Program-made: the position numbers and the translations under genes | Shown: positions 1 through 9,222 of the stretch, in pieces | How positions within the stretch are numbered: the first letter of the stretch is position 1 | Layout: each line of letters opens with the position of its first letter | Notes under the pieces: generated by a model | Told to the model about the DNA's origin: nothing | The model's input: the letters and a program-made list of their open reading frames with translations, nothing else | Databases searched by the model: none | Source of the DNA: an uncultured Desulfarculales bacterium | Lineage (GTDB): Bacteria; Desulfobacterota; Desulfarculia; Desulfarculales; JAHJDS01 | Direction of reading: 5' to 3' | Assembly (NCBI GenBank): GCA_964569795.1 | Contig: CAZMVB010000001.1 | Coordinates: forward strand, 195,233-259,232 | DNA length: 64,000 nucleotides

Positions 1-351
1 ACCGTCGTCGGGCGGGCCCTGATGACCTCGCCCAAGCTGATGCTCCTGGATGAGCCGTCCATGGGCCTGGCCCCGATGCTCATCCGGGAGATCTTCAACA
101 TCATCACCCGCCTGCACGAGCAGGAGGGCATCTCGATCCTGCTGGTCGAGCAGAACGCCAAGCTGGCCCTGAACGTGGCGCCTCACGCCTACGTCATGGA
201 GACCGGCCGGATCGTGATGGACGACTCGTCCGAGAAGCTGATCGAGAACCCGGACATCAAGGATTTCTACCTGGGGCTGACCGATCTGGGCGAGCGGAAG
301 AGTTTCCGCGACGTCAAGCACTACAAACGCCGCAAGCGCTGGCTGGCCTAG
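1..351 (+). CDS. Branched-chain amino acid ABC transporter ATP-binding protein, LivF-like (5' end outside window)
   Basis: The frame is open from nt 1. The translation has RALMTSPKLMLLDEPSMGLAP (Walker B region) and ISILLVEQN. It is clearly similar to the complete LivF-like ORF at 42165-42854. Confidence 0.85.
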   Translation, partial: TVVGRALMTSPKLMLLDEPSMGLAPMLIREIFNIITRLHEQEGISILLVEQNAKLALNVAPHAYVMETGRIVMDDSSEKLIENPDIKDFYLGLTDLGERKSFRDVKHYKRRKRWLA

Positions 352-384
352 CCGCGGCGTCCACGCTGGAAGGAGGTTTCGGAC

Positions 385-993
385 ATGGTGAAAAAAGCCC
401 TGATCCTGCTGACCATCACGGCCTTCATGGTGACCGGCCTGATGGTCCCGGTGGCCTCGGCCAAGGGTATGAGGAAACCGGTCGTTAAACTGATGAGCGT
501 CGAAGTCAGGGAAATTCAGCCCTATTACCTGAACATGAAGAAGGGCCGGGGGGCGATGATGAACCTGGCCTGCGTCTTTTCGATCTACAATCCCAACCGG
601 CGGGCGGTCAATCTCGAGTCCCTGAGCTTCGCCCTGTACTTTGACGACTTCTACGTCAACACCCTGAAGTACCGGGGCAAGATCTGGATCCCGGCCCGCA
701 AGAAGGTCCAGATCGACGTTTACGGCAGCCAGTCGGCCCGGACGATGCTGCTCAGCCTTCTGGTGACCGGCGGGGCCAAGCTCCAGGCCGAGGCCAACGC
801 CTGGAACAAGGCCCATCCCCAGGCCAAGAAGAAAAAGAGCTCCGGGGCCATGGCCATGGGCAATATCCAGCGCTGGTTCACGACCATCGCCGACTACAAG
901 TTCCCGATCTATCTCAAGCAGGGCTCGGCCATCTTCACCATGCGCCGCGCCCGGACGGCGGTGAGGATCAACGTCAAGTACCAGCCCAAGTAA
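385..993 (+). CDS. Exported hypothetical protein, LEA-2/WHy (LEA14-like) fold candidate
   Basis: N-terminal signal peptide MVKKALILLTITAFMVTGLMVPVASA. The body has the beta-rich pattern IYNPNRRAVNLESLSFALYFDD typical of LEA_2 domains. AGGAGG lies upstream of the ATG. Confidence 0.6.
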   Translation: MVKKALILLTITAFMVTGLMVPVASAKGMRKPVVKLMSVEVREIQPYYLNMKKGRGAMMNLACVFSIYNPNRRAVNLESLSFALYFDDFYVNTLKYRGKIWIPARKKVQIDVYGSQSARTMLLSLLVTGGAKLQAEANAWNKAHPQAKKKKSSGAMAMGNIQRWFTTIADYKFPIYLKQGSAIFTMRRARTAVRINVKYQPK

Positions 994-1062
994 CCACCAT
1001 CAGCCGGCCGGACGGTCCCACCTGGCGGCCGTCCGGCCGTCCCCTTTTCGGCGAGGAAAAAA

Positions 1063-2343
1063 ATGGCCGCCATTGACCGCACCAAGGGCTTCCTGGACGA
1101 GGCCATGGAGACCATGGACCCGGATCAGCACCGGGAGTATCTCGGCCGGGAACTGCAGAAGATCGTGGCCCACGCCTACGCCGGCGCGCCGGCGGTCAAG
1201 GACAAGCTCGATCGAGCCGGCGTGGCCCCGGACGACCTCCGGACGGTCGAGGACCTCCAAAAATTACCGGTGACCGAGAAGGCCGAATTGGTCGAGTTGC
1301 AGCGGCAGGACCCGCCCTTCGGCGGCCTGGTGGCCCTGCCCGTGGAGCGCCTCCGGCGCATCTTCGTCTCGCCGGGGCCGATCTACGAGCCGGGCGACCA
1401 GTCCTACCTGGACAACCGCTGGGCCCAGGCCTTTATCGCCGCCGGCTTTCGCGCCGGAGACCGGGGGCTGGTGACCTTCAACTTCAACATGGTCCCCTTC
1501 GCCAACATGCTCGACGACTCGCTGAACATGATCGGCGCCAAGACCATCCCCATGGGCGTGGGCAACACCGACATCCAGGTCCAGACCATGAAGGACCTCC
1601 ACGTCAACGCCTACCTGGGCACCCCCAGCTTCCTGGCCGCCCTGGGGGACAAGGCCGAGGCCCTGGGCTTCGATCTGGCCCGGGACATCGATCTGGCCGT
1701 GGGCTTCGTCGCCGCCGAGATGCTCCCCGAGAGTTTCCGGGCCGAGCTGGAGAACCGGTTCGGGATGACCATCCGGCAGAGCTACGGCACGGCCGACGCC
1801 GGGTGCCTGAGCTACGAGTGCTATCACCTGGGGGGGATGCACGTCCCCTACAACTGCATCGTCGAGATCGTCGATCCGGACACGGGCCGGCAGGTCGAGC
1901 CGGGCTCGCCGGGCGAGGTGGTCTGCACCGTGTTCGACCGGACCTACCCCCTGATCCGCTTCGGCACCGGGGACCTGTCGGCCCTGGACTACGGCCAGTG
2001 CGCCTGCGGCCGGACCACCCCCAAGCTGACCCGGATCATGGGCCGCGTCGATCAGGTGACCAAGGTCAAGGGCATGTTCATCCACCCCGGTCAGGCCCAG
2101 GCCGTGGCCGGGCGCTTCGACCAGGTCCGCTGCTTCCAGGTGGTCGTGACCCGCGCCAAAAACCAGGACGTGATGACCTTCCACTGCGAACTCGAACCCG
2201 GGACCGACATCGGCCAGCTCGAGCCGGCCCTCAAGGCGGCCATTCAGGACGTCCTGCGGCTGCGGGGAGAGGTCGAGTTCGTCGCCCCGGGGACCATCCC
2301 CGAAGGGGCCAAGGTCATCGACGACCGCCGCGTCTGGGACTAG
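1063..2343 (+). CDS. Phenylacetate--CoA ligase family (PaaK-like adenylate-forming enzyme)
   Basis: 426 aa with the PaaK/F390-synthetase pattern: GLVTFNFNMVPF, YGTADAG, IRFGTGDLS and a C-terminal KVKGMFIHP motif. Confidence 0.85.
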   Translation: MAAIDRTKGFLDEAMETMDPDQHREYLGRELQKIVAHAYAGAPAVKDKLDRAGVAPDDLRTVEDLQKLPVTEKAELVELQRQDPPFGGLVALPVERLRRIFVSPGPIYEPGDQSYLDNRWAQAFIAAGFRAGDRGLVTFNFNMVPFANMLDDSLNMIGAKTIPMGVGNTDIQVQTMKDLHVNAYLGTPSFLAALGDKAEALGFDLARDIDLAVGFVAAEMLPESFRAELENRFGMTIRQSYGTADAGCLSYECYHLGGMHVPYNCIVEIVDPDTGRQVEPGSPGEVVCTVFDRTYPLIRFGTGDLSALDYGQCACGRTTPKLTRIMGRVDQVTKVKGMFIHPGQAQAVAGRFDQVRCFQVVVTRAKNQDVMTFHCELEPGTDIGQLEPALKAAIQDVLRLRGEVEFVAPGTIPEGAKVIDDRRVWD

Positions 2344-2636
2344 TTTTTCGGGGGGAGCCGGAACCGCTCCCGTCGAGCGTCGAACTAGTTAAGAGCCGGC
2401 CCACCGGTTTTTCGTCCCCCGAGTCCGGTGACAATGCTGGTTCCACGTCCCAGGCGTTTGGGCGTGGACGATCGACTTTCCTGACCGAATCCGAGACAGG
2501 GCGAACCAAAGGCGCCGCTTTCGTCCAGCGACGATCCCTTCCGGTCCCGCGGTATTTTGTTCCCTGACCGGCGATCTGATATAATTGTTTTCTTGATGGA
2601 CCGACCTTGACTTGCGTCTCATCGGAGGGGGATTGA

Positions 2637-3620
2637 TTGGGCCGGCGGCAAGACATGGACAGCCTCGATCCGACCTCGACCGACCTGCCGGTCGAGCCCG
2701 AGGTGGTCGATCGCCTGCCCTTGGAGGTGGCCTCCGAGGAGGCGCCGCCGCCGGATCAGTTCGACCCTCTCAGGCGCTACCTCTGGGAAATCAGCCGCTA
2801 CAACCTGCTGACCCCGGAAGAGGAAAAGGAACTGGCCGTCCGGTACTACGAGACCGGGGACCGGGAGGCGGCGGCCCGGCTGGTGACCTCGAACCTGCGG
2901 CTGGTGGTCAAGATCGCCATGGACTTCCGGCGCTACTGGATGCGCAACCTCCTCGACCTGATCCAGGAGGGCAACGTCGGGTTGATGCACGCCGTCAAGA
3001 AGTTCAATCCCTACAAGGACGTCAAGCTCAGCTACTATTCCTCCTTCTGGATCAAGGCCTACATCCTCAAGTTCATCATGGACAACTGGAAGCTGGTCAA
3101 GGTGGGCACCACCCAGGCCCAGCGGAAGCTGTTCTACAACCTGCGCAAGGAAAAGGAAAAACTGATCGCCCAGGGGTTCGAGCCCGGACCGGCCCTCCTG
3201 GCCCATCGGCTGGGGGTCAAGGAGGCCGAGGTGACCGAGATGGAGCAGCGCCTGGGCAACTGGGAGGTCTCCCTGGACGCCCCCATGAAGGACGGCTCGG
3301 ACGACACCCGGCAGACGTTTCTCCCCTCCGACGCCCAGCCGGTGGACGAGGCCCTGGCCGAGGACCAGGTCCGGCGGATCTTCACCGACGAGATCCAGAG
3401 GTTCCGCCGGACCCTCAAGGGCAAAAAGAGGGACATCTTTGACCGGCGGATCATGGCCGACAAGCCGGTCACCCTGCGCGAGTTGTCCGAGAGACACAAC
3501 GTCTCCCGGGAGAGGGTCCGCCAGATCGAGTCCCAGTTGATCAAGAACGTGCGCCAGCACATGATCGAGGCCATTCCCGGATTCGAGGAAAACTATGCCG
3601 ATCTGTTGACCAACCTGTGA
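2637..3620 (+). CDS. rpoH: RNA polymerase sigma-32 (heat-shock sigma factor RpoH)
   Basis: Region 2 reads DLIQEGNVGLMHAVKKFNP. There is an RpoH-box-like QAQRKLFYNLRKEKEKL. The region 4 HTH reads LRELSERHNVSRERVRQIESQ. A TTG start follows GGAGGGGG; an alternative ATG is at 2655. Confidence 0.9.
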   Translation: MGRRQDMDSLDPTSTDLPVEPEVVDRLPLEVASEEAPPPDQFDPLRRYLWEISRYNLLTPEEEKELAVRYYETGDREAAARLVTSNLRLVVKIAMDFRRYWMRNLLDLIQEGNVGLMHAVKKFNPYKDVKLSYYSSFWIKAYILKFIMDNWKLVKVGTTQAQRKLFYNLRKEKEKLIAQGFEPGPALLAHRLGVKEAEVTEMEQRLGNWEVSLDAPMKDGSDDTRQTFLPSDAQPVDEALAEDQVRRIFTDEIQRFRRTLKGKKRDIFDRRIMADKPVTLRELSERHNVSRERVRQIESQLIKNVRQHMIEAIPGFEENYADLLTNL

Positions 3621-3689
3621 CTTTTTTCGCCGATGACCAGTCATTTCATCTGATTGACCCTTGTCGGGACATGTGCTATTAAGCTGATC

Positions 3690-5420
3690 ATGTCAAAAAT
3701 CAAGCAAACCTCGGTATTGTGGTTCGGTCTGATTCTGGTCCTGACCGGTTGCGGCTGGTCCCTGGGAAACATGGGTCAGGCCCCGCCCCGGGCGGCCATG
3801 GAGAACTACTTCATGGCCCGGTACTACCTGGACCGGGGCCAGGGAGACCTGGCCGTGAAGTACTATCGCCTGGCCCTGGACTCTGACCCGGAATCGGCCG
3901 TGCTCAACCGGGAGGTGGCCTCGCTCCTGGTGCGGCAGGGCAAGGTCAACGACGCCCTGCCCGTGGCCGCCAAGGCCGTGGACCTGGACCCCAAGAACGT
4001 CAAGGCCCGGCTGCTGCTGGGGGGGATCTACTCGGCCCGGGGCGACTATGACCAGGCCATCGACCAGTACCAGGAGGTGATCCGTCTCGATCCCAAGAAC
4101 GGCGAGGCCCATCTCTATCTGGGCACGCTGTACGCCCAGAAACGGGACTTCGTGGACGCCCTGAAGGTCTTGAAGCGGGTGGTTCAATTGAAGCCCAACT
4201 CGGCCATGGCCCGCTATTACCTGGGCCGGATCCATCTCGAGTTGAAGCAGTACCGGGCGGCCGAGTACCAGTTCAAGCGGTCTCTCCGGCTCAACCCCTT
4301 TTTCCAGGCCTCCCTGTTCGATCTGGGCTACCTCTACGAGGTCCAGGGCCGCAACCACGAGGCCGAGGCCATTTACAAGCGCATCCTGTTCCACCGGCCC
4401 AAGAACGCCCAGGCTCACGACCGCCTGGGCCGGCTGTACCTGCGCACCGGCCGGTACAGCCAGGCCCTGGGGCAGTTCAAGATCATCAAGGGCCTGGGAC
4501 CGCCAACCAAGGGCCTGCGGATCCGGATGGGGCTGATCTACTTCGAGCAGCGGAACTACGCCAAGGCGGCCCAGGAGTTCAACCTGGTCCTGTCCCAGGC
4601 CCCCAAGGACCATCGGGTCCGCTATTTCCTGGCCACGGCCCTGATGCAAAAGGGCGATCTGGCCGCGGCCCGCAAGCAGTTCCTGATGATCCCACCCCAG
4701 GCCAAGGTTTACATCTCCTCGCGGCTGCACCTGGTCTTTGTCCTGGAAAAGATGAAACGCCGGGCCGAGGCGATCAAGGAGATGTTGATCGCCCTGGAGC
4801 ACCATCCCCAATCGGCCCGGCTGCACCTGGGCCTGGCCGGCCTGTACGAACTGGCCAAGGATTATCCCCGGGCCCGGGGCGCCCTGCTCGAGGGGCTGAA
4901 GGCCCATCCCAAAAACGTCGAGCTGCTGTTTCAGTTGGGGGTGATCCTGGACAAGATGGGCCGCAAGGACCTGGCCCTGAAGCAGATGCGGCGGGTGCTG
5001 GCCGTCAAGCCCGATCACGCCGACTCGCTCAACTACATCGCCTACACCCTGGCCGAACAGGGCCGCAACCTGGGCGAGGCCGAACAACTGGTCCAGAAGG
5101 CCCTGGCGGTCAAACCCAACGCCGGGTATATCGTCGATACCCTGGGCTGGGTCTATTTCCGGCAGGGACACTACGACCGGGCCCTGGCCGAGCTGGAAAA
5201 GGCCGCCCGGCTGACCCCGGACGATCCGGTCATCGCCGAGCACCTGGGCGATGTTTACGTCAAAAAGGGTCGGTTGCGACTGGCGGTGATGATGTACCGC
5301 CGCGCCCTGGAACTGAAGCACAAATCGCCCCAGCTCATCAAGAAGCGGATCGTTGAAATTGAAAAGATGCTCCGAAACAGACACAAGCACCCCCGCCGGC
5401 GGGGCCGCAGGAGGCACTGA
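3690..5420 (+). CDS. TPR-repeat lipoprotein
   Basis: The ATG at 3690 gives MSKIKQTSVLWFGLILVLTGC (lipoprotein signal plus lipobox). The rest is serial TPR-like repeats (YYRLALDSDPESA, YQEVIRLDPKNGEAH, YRRALELK). The track ORF begins at a TTG at 3654. Confidence 0.8.
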   Translation: MSKIKQTSVLWFGLILVLTGCGWSLGNMGQAPPRAAMENYFMARYYLDRGQGDLAVKYYRLALDSDPESAVLNREVASLLVRQGKVNDALPVAAKAVDLDPKNVKARLLLGGIYSARGDYDQAIDQYQEVIRLDPKNGEAHLYLGTLYAQKRDFVDALKVLKRVVQLKPNSAMARYYLGRIHLELKQYRAAEYQFKRSLRLNPFFQASLFDLGYLYEVQGRNHEAEAIYKRILFHRPKNAQAHDRLGRLYLRTGRYSQALGQFKIIKGLGPPTKGLRIRMGLIYFEQRNYAKAAQEFNLVLSQAPKDHRVRYFLATALMQKGDLAAARKQFLMIPPQAKVYISSRLHLVFVLEKMKRRAEAIKEMLIALEHHPQSARLHLGLAGLYELAKDYPRARGALLEGLKAHPKNVELLFQLGVILDKMGRKDLALKQMRRVLAVKPDHADSLNYIAYTLAEQGRNLGEAEQLVQKALAVKPNAGYIVDTLGWVYFRQGHYDRALAELEKAARLTPDDPVIAEHLGDVYVKKGRLRLAVMMYRRALELKHKSPQLIKKRIVEIEKMLRNRHKHPRRRGRRRH

Positions 5421-6296
5421 GTGGTCCACCGGGCGGATCGCCGGGTGAGGACCGAGGTTGCAGTCCGAGCACGCCGGCCCTGGTCCCTGGTCTGGGTGTG
5501 GCTGGCCGCGTCGGTCTTTTTTCTGGCGGGCTGTCCGGTCAAGCCGCCGCCCCCGGCCCCGCCGCCGTCGATCCACCCCTCGGCCGAAAAGCTCCTGTCG
5601 CGCCTGGCCAGTCGGGAAAAGGCGGTCAAGAACTTCTGGGCCAAGGTCGAGACCCGCATCAAGAACCAGCGCCGGGAGGCCTCGGCCGACGGGGCCCTGA
5701 TGGGTCTGGCGCCCGACCTGTTGCGCCTGGAGCTGATCGATCCGGTGGGCCGTCCCCGGATGACCTTCACCTCTGACGGCCGGAAGATGGGCCTCTTGGT
5801 CCACTCGGAAGGAAAATTCTACGTTGGACCGGCCAGCCCCCGCAACCTGGGCCGCATCCTGCCCCTGGGGCTGGGGCTCCGCCAGGTGTTCATCCTGCTG
5901 GCGGGCGGGACGCCCCTGATCCGGCACAAATACGGCCGGGTGGACTGGCTGGCCGGACCCGGGCAGTACCGGCTCCGTCTGGGCGGCGATCCGGGCGGGA
6001 TGTATCAGGTCTTGTGGTTCGCCCGGCCCGACCTGCGTCTGGTCAAATCCGAGGTCCTGGACAAGAAATCGCGGGTCCTGTTCCGGGCCGCGTTCTCAGA
6101 TTTCCGAAAGATCGGGCCGGAGCGGTTTCCGATGCACCTGGTCCTGTCCGTGCCGGTGAGCAAGGTCCTGGTCGAGTTCAAGTACGTCTGGCTCAAGGTC
6201 AACCTGACCATGAATCAACTGCCCTTCGCGGTCAGGGCGCCGCAAGGCGTCCAGATAATTAAACTTTCTGGCAAAAAACACAAAAAATCACGATGA
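5421..6296 (+). CDS. Outer-membrane lipoprotein, LolB-like/DUF4292 candidate
   Basis: It has a signal with lipobox (WLAASVFFLAGC) and a beta-rich body. It is coupled to the upstream TPR gene (stop and start adjacent). The true start may be the GTG at 5445. Confidence 0.55.
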   Translation: MVHRADRRVRTEVAVRARRPWSLVWVWLAASVFFLAGCPVKPPPPAPPPSIHPSAEKLLSRLASREKAVKNFWAKVETRIKNQRREASADGALMGLAPDLLRLELIDPVGRPRMTFTSDGRKMGLLVHSEGKFYVGPASPRNLGRILPLGLGLRQVFILLAGGTPLIRHKYGRVDWLAGPGQYRLRLGGDPGGMYQVLWFARPDLRLVKSEVLDKKSRVLFRAAFSDFRKIGPERFPMHLVLSVPVSKVLVEFKYVWLKVNLTMNQLPFAVRAPQGVQIIKLSGKKHKKSR

Positions 6297-6745
6297 AACT
6301 GGTCGCCGACGCCATGCTGGGACGTCTGGCCACCTGGCTGAGGGTCCTCGGCCTGGACACCTTTTTTTCCGCCTCCATGACCGCCCCGGAATTCCTGGTC
6401 TGGGTGGGCCGGGGACGACGGGGGTTGACCCGGCGGACCCTGCTCCGTCATCACCCGGACGTGATCTTTATCGAATCCGACCACTTGCGGGAACAACTGG
6501 TCCAGGCCGTCCGGACCCTGGGTCTGGGCCCCCCCTGGACGGGCCTGTTCACCCGGTGCGTCCGCTGCAACCGGGAACTGTCGCCCCTGGACCGGTCCGA
6601 GGTCTTGGGGCGGGTCCCGGAGTACGTGTATCAGACCGAGGAATTCTATAAACAATGCCCCTCCTGCGGCCGCATTTTCTGGCCGGGGACCCACGTGGCC
6701 CGGATGGCCGATTTATTGGAGGGCCTGGGCCCGGGGACCCGGTAG
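6293..6745 (+). CDS. Mut7-C RNase domain (DUF82) protein with C-terminal zinc ribbon
   Basis: The N-terminus MKLVADAMLGRLATWLRVLGLDT is characteristic of Mut7-C/PIN-like proteins. Zinc-ribbon cysteines are CVRCN...CPSCGRIFWPGTH. There is a 4-nt overlap with the upstream gene. Confidence 0.75.
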   Translation: MKLVADAMLGRLATWLRVLGLDTFFSASMTAPEFLVWVGRGRRGLTRRTLLRHHPDVIFIESDHLREQLVQAVRTLGLGPPWTGLFTRCVRCNRELSPLDRSEVLGRVPEYVYQTEEFYKQCPSCGRIFWPGTHVARMADLLEGLGPGTR

Positions 6746-6865
6746 GGGACATCCCCGACTCGTCAGATCAACTATTTGCCCTGATCCCTTGTTTCCCCCC
6801 TGACGGTCTAGTATTTTTTAATAAAAAGACCTTTCCTGAAAAGGTTCCCCGACAGGAGGAAGAAC

Positions 6866-7354
6866 ATGACCCGACGGATCATCGTCCCCATGGTGGGCCT
6901 GGCCGTGGCAGTGGGCCTGGTGACCCTGGCCCTGGCCGCCGGCGCGCCCCAGATGCCCGGTCCCCAGGGCGCGGCCCTGTGGAATTACATCGCCAAAAAA
7001 TCGCCATACCAGAAATGGAACTACTTCCCGGACCACAAAGGGATGCACCCCGGCAAGGCGCCCCACGGGGCCTTTAACAAGGTCTTTGTCAACCCGGCCG
7101 GACTGTCGGCCAAAAAGCCGCCGTACCCCTACGGGACGATCATCGTCAAGGAAAACTACAACAAGGCCAAAAAGCTGGCGGTCCTGACCGTCATGTACCG
7201 GGTCAAGGGTTACAATCCCGCGGGCGGCGACTGGTTCTGGGCGCTCTACACGCCCGCCGGCCAGGTCAAGCGGGCGGGCAAGCTCAAGAGCTGCATCAAG
7301 TGCCACGCCCTCGTGGCCCAGAGGGGCTGGATTTACACACACAAATTCAAGTAG
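6866..7354 (+). CDS. Cytochrome P460-family c-type haem protein (exported)
   Basis: It has a signal peptide, a single CIKCH haem-binding motif near the C-terminus, and the GGDWFWA motif typical of the P460 family. Confidence 0.65.
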   Translation: MTRRIIVPMVGLAVAVGLVTLALAAGAPQMPGPQGAALWNYIAKKSPYQKWNYFPDHKGMHPGKAPHGAFNKVFVNPAGLSAKKPPYPYGTIIVKENYNKAKKLAVLTVMYRVKGYNPAGGDWFWALYTPAGQVKRAGKLKSCIKCHALVAQRGWIYTHKFK

Positions 7355-7382
7355 CCCCGGCCGGCTCGGATTTTTTGAGGGT

Positions 7383-7410
7383 GGCGGTGAAGATCGCCGC
7401 CCTTTGTTTG
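7383..7410 (+). terminator. Rho-independent terminator candidate after the P460 gene
   Basis: An 8-bp stem (GGCGGTGA / TCGCCGCC, 3-nt loop) is followed by CCTTTGTTTG. Confidence 0.4.
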
Positions 7411-7450
7411 CCCCAGATCAGTGGTGGCAAGAGTTCCTGACATTTTTCCA

Positions 7451-7479
7451 TTGACTGCGCCGCAGTGCATCAGTATGAT
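7451..7479 (+). promoter_or_regulatory. Sigma-70-type promoter of the TA module with overlapping inverted repeat
   Basis: TTGACT-17 nt-TATGAT. The inverted repeat TGCATCA (7466-7472) / TGATGCA (7490-7496) brackets the -10 element and is a plausible antitoxin operator. Confidence 0.4.
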
Positions 7480-7529
7480 ATGAAAAAAGTGATGCATTAA
7501 ATTATGATCATATTTTGGAGTCTGTGTCC

Positions 7530-7775
7530 ATGTCAGTGATTAGAAAGACAATTTCAGTGCCGGATGACTTGGTCGCCGAGGCAGACTCGATCAGAAAATC
7601 AGCCGGGCAGAGCTTCAGCCGCTTCGCCCTGGAGGCGATCAGGGAAAAAGTGGACCGGGAGACGAAACGGAAGCTTGAGGAGGATATCGCACTGGCGGCC
7701 CGGGAGTACAGAAATAATCCAGGTTTCCGGGAGGAAATGGCGTTGTGGGATACGACCGTCGGGGACGGAATGTGA
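7530..7775 (+). CDS. Type II antitoxin (ribbon-helix-helix / MazE-like)
   Basis: A small ORF immediately upstream of a PemK/MazF toxin. The N-terminal beta-strand motif KTISVPDDLVAEAD fits an RHH fold. GGAG lies 9 nt upstream of the ATG at 7530. Confidence 0.7.
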   Translation: MSVIRKTISVPDDLVAEADSIRKSAGQSFSRFALEAIREKVDRETKRKLEEDIALAAREYRNNPGFREEMALWDTTVGDGM

Positions 7776-7785
7776 GGAAGGAAAG

Positions 7786-8118
7786 ATGAATCGAGGTGAT
7801 GTGGTTTGGGTTGATTTGGATATTCAGTACGGCCGGGAGGTCAAAAAGACCAGACCGGCCATTATCGTCTCTGAAGACCTGTTCAATAACGATCCTGACT
7901 ACCCCTTTTTCATCCTGGTCCCCCTGACCAGCACCCTCAAGAGACAGACCGGATTCTGGGCCAGGGTTCGTGGCCCCCGGGGTACCTGGAACACGGCCCT
8001 GTGCGATCAGGTCAAGTCCGTTGACCGGGGGCGTGTAGTTCGGGAAACCAAAGGAAAATTGTCGGACGGGGATATGGAGGCCGTGGACGCCGGCCTGCGG
8101 GTGGTCCTGGGTCTCTAG
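7786..8118 (+). CDS. mazF: Type II toxin, PemK/MazF-family endoribonuclease
   Basis: MNRGDVVWVDLD...GREVKKTRPAIIVS...LVPLTS...CDQVKSVD is the canonical PemK/MazF pattern. The ATG at 7786 follows GGAAGGAAAG. The longer track ORF (from 7564) overlaps the antitoxin. Confidence 0.85.
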   Translation: MNRGDVVWVDLDIQYGREVKKTRPAIIVSEDLFNNDPDYPFFILVPLTSTLKRQTGFWARVRGPRGTWNTALCDQVKSVDRGRVVRETKGKLSDGDMEAVDAGLRVVLGL

Positions 8119-8124
8119 CTGTGT

Positions 8125-8658
8125 TCAGGTGCCGCAGTCGGTGGGATCGCCGGCCAGCTTGTCCAGGGCGTGGGGCAGGGCGGGCAGGATGGCTTCCAGG
8201 CTCTGGGTCGCCCCTTTCTTACTGCCGGGCAGATTGACGATCAGGGTTTTTCGTCGGGTGACGGCCAGGCCCCGGGACAGGGCGGCGTGGGGGGTGTGTT
8301 TCAGGCCGGCGGCCCGGATGGCCTCGGCCAGGCCGGGGACCTCCAGGTGGGCCGCATCAAAGGTGGCCTCAGGGGTGACGTCCGAGGGGGACAGCCCGGT
8401 GCCGCCGGCGGTCAGGATGAGTCTGACCCCCTGGCGGTCGGCCAGGTCCACCAGGGCGGCGGTGATGGCCGCCCGGTCGTCGGGCAAGACCCTGATCTCG
8501 CCGACGTCGAAGCCGGCCGCCCGGAGCATCTCGGCCACGGCCGGCCCGGCGGTGTCCTCCCGCTGGCCAACGGCCCCCTTGGTGGAGATGGTCAGCACCG
8601 CCGCGGTCGTTCCGGTCCGAGCCCCCATGTCGTTTTCGCCTCCCAATTCGGTGGTCAT
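8125..8658 (-). CDS. Molybdenum cofactor biosynthesis protein, MogA/MoaB family
   Basis: AAVLTISTKG...LILTAGGTGLSPSDVTPEAT...NLPGSKKG motifs. The ATG overlaps the stop of the upstream SnoaL gene (ATGA). Confidence 0.85.
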   Translation of the reverse strand: MTTELGGENDMGARTGTTAAVLTISTKGAVGQREDTAGPAVAEMLRAAGFDVGEIRVLPDDRAAITAALVDLADRQGVRLILTAGGTGLSPSDVTPEATFDAAHLEVPGLAEAIRAAGLKHTPHAALSRGLAVTRRKTLIVNLPGSKKGATQSLEAILPALPHALDKLAGDPTDCGT

Positions 8659-9131
8659 TCCCTCAATTTCTTACCCATAACAGCGACTTGGTACTTCGCC
8701 AATAACTCCGGGTCTTCAATTGAGCCGTGATGGTGTACCTGTTTCCAGTGACCATCGATTTTTTGGAAGATTCGGCTGGTGCGAATTGCGAGTGTTATCT
8801 CTTCTTCACCAAGGCGGAAGTAGCCTCGCTCCCTGCCCACTGCATAGAACATCTCTGCTGTCTCGTGGATAGTGTAATCGAAAAATTCGACATACACCTC
8901 GGCCGGCCCATTGAAAATACGCCCATAAACGGATTGAATTTCGGCCCAGCCGCGCTTGATGCCTCCCAGAGGATTGTCCATGGCAATGTCGTCGGACTGT
9001 GCCCAGTTCTCGGACATCATTTGCATGTCGCCTGAATTGAAGGCGCAATAGAACTGAACCAGGGCCTGATATGGTGAAGCTAATTGCCCTTGATCTTCCT
9101 TGCCGGTGATTGCCTGTTGAACCGGGATCAT
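8655..9131 (-). CDS. SnoaL-like / NTF2-fold (DUF4440-type) protein
   Basis: 158 aa with FYCAFNSGDMQMMSENW...GWAEIQSVYGRIF, typical of SnoaL/ketosteroid-isomerase-like proteins. G+C is visibly lower than in the flanks. Confidence 0.65.
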   Translation of the reverse strand: MIPVQQAITGKEDQGQLASPYQALVQFYCAFNSGDMQMMSENWAQSDDIAMDNPLGGIKRGWAEIQSVYGRIFNGPAEVYVEFFDYTIHETAEMFYAVGRERGYFRLGEEEITLAIRTSRIFQKIDGHWKQVHHHGSIEDPELLAKYQVAVMGKKLRE

Positions 9132-9222
9132 TATTTCACCATATATCCCCGACAGAATACGGGGTGGGCCGAAACGGCCGGAACCGCGCCGGCAAGCGTC
9201 CCGATGTGACGGGAACGTCAGG

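Noticed and set aside
3693-5927. 744-aa minus-strand ORF opposite the TPR and LolB-like genes
   Set aside because: Shadow ORF. The composition is Gly/Pro/Gln/Leu-rich and repetitive, and the plus-strand genes have clear lipoprotein signals and TPR repeats.
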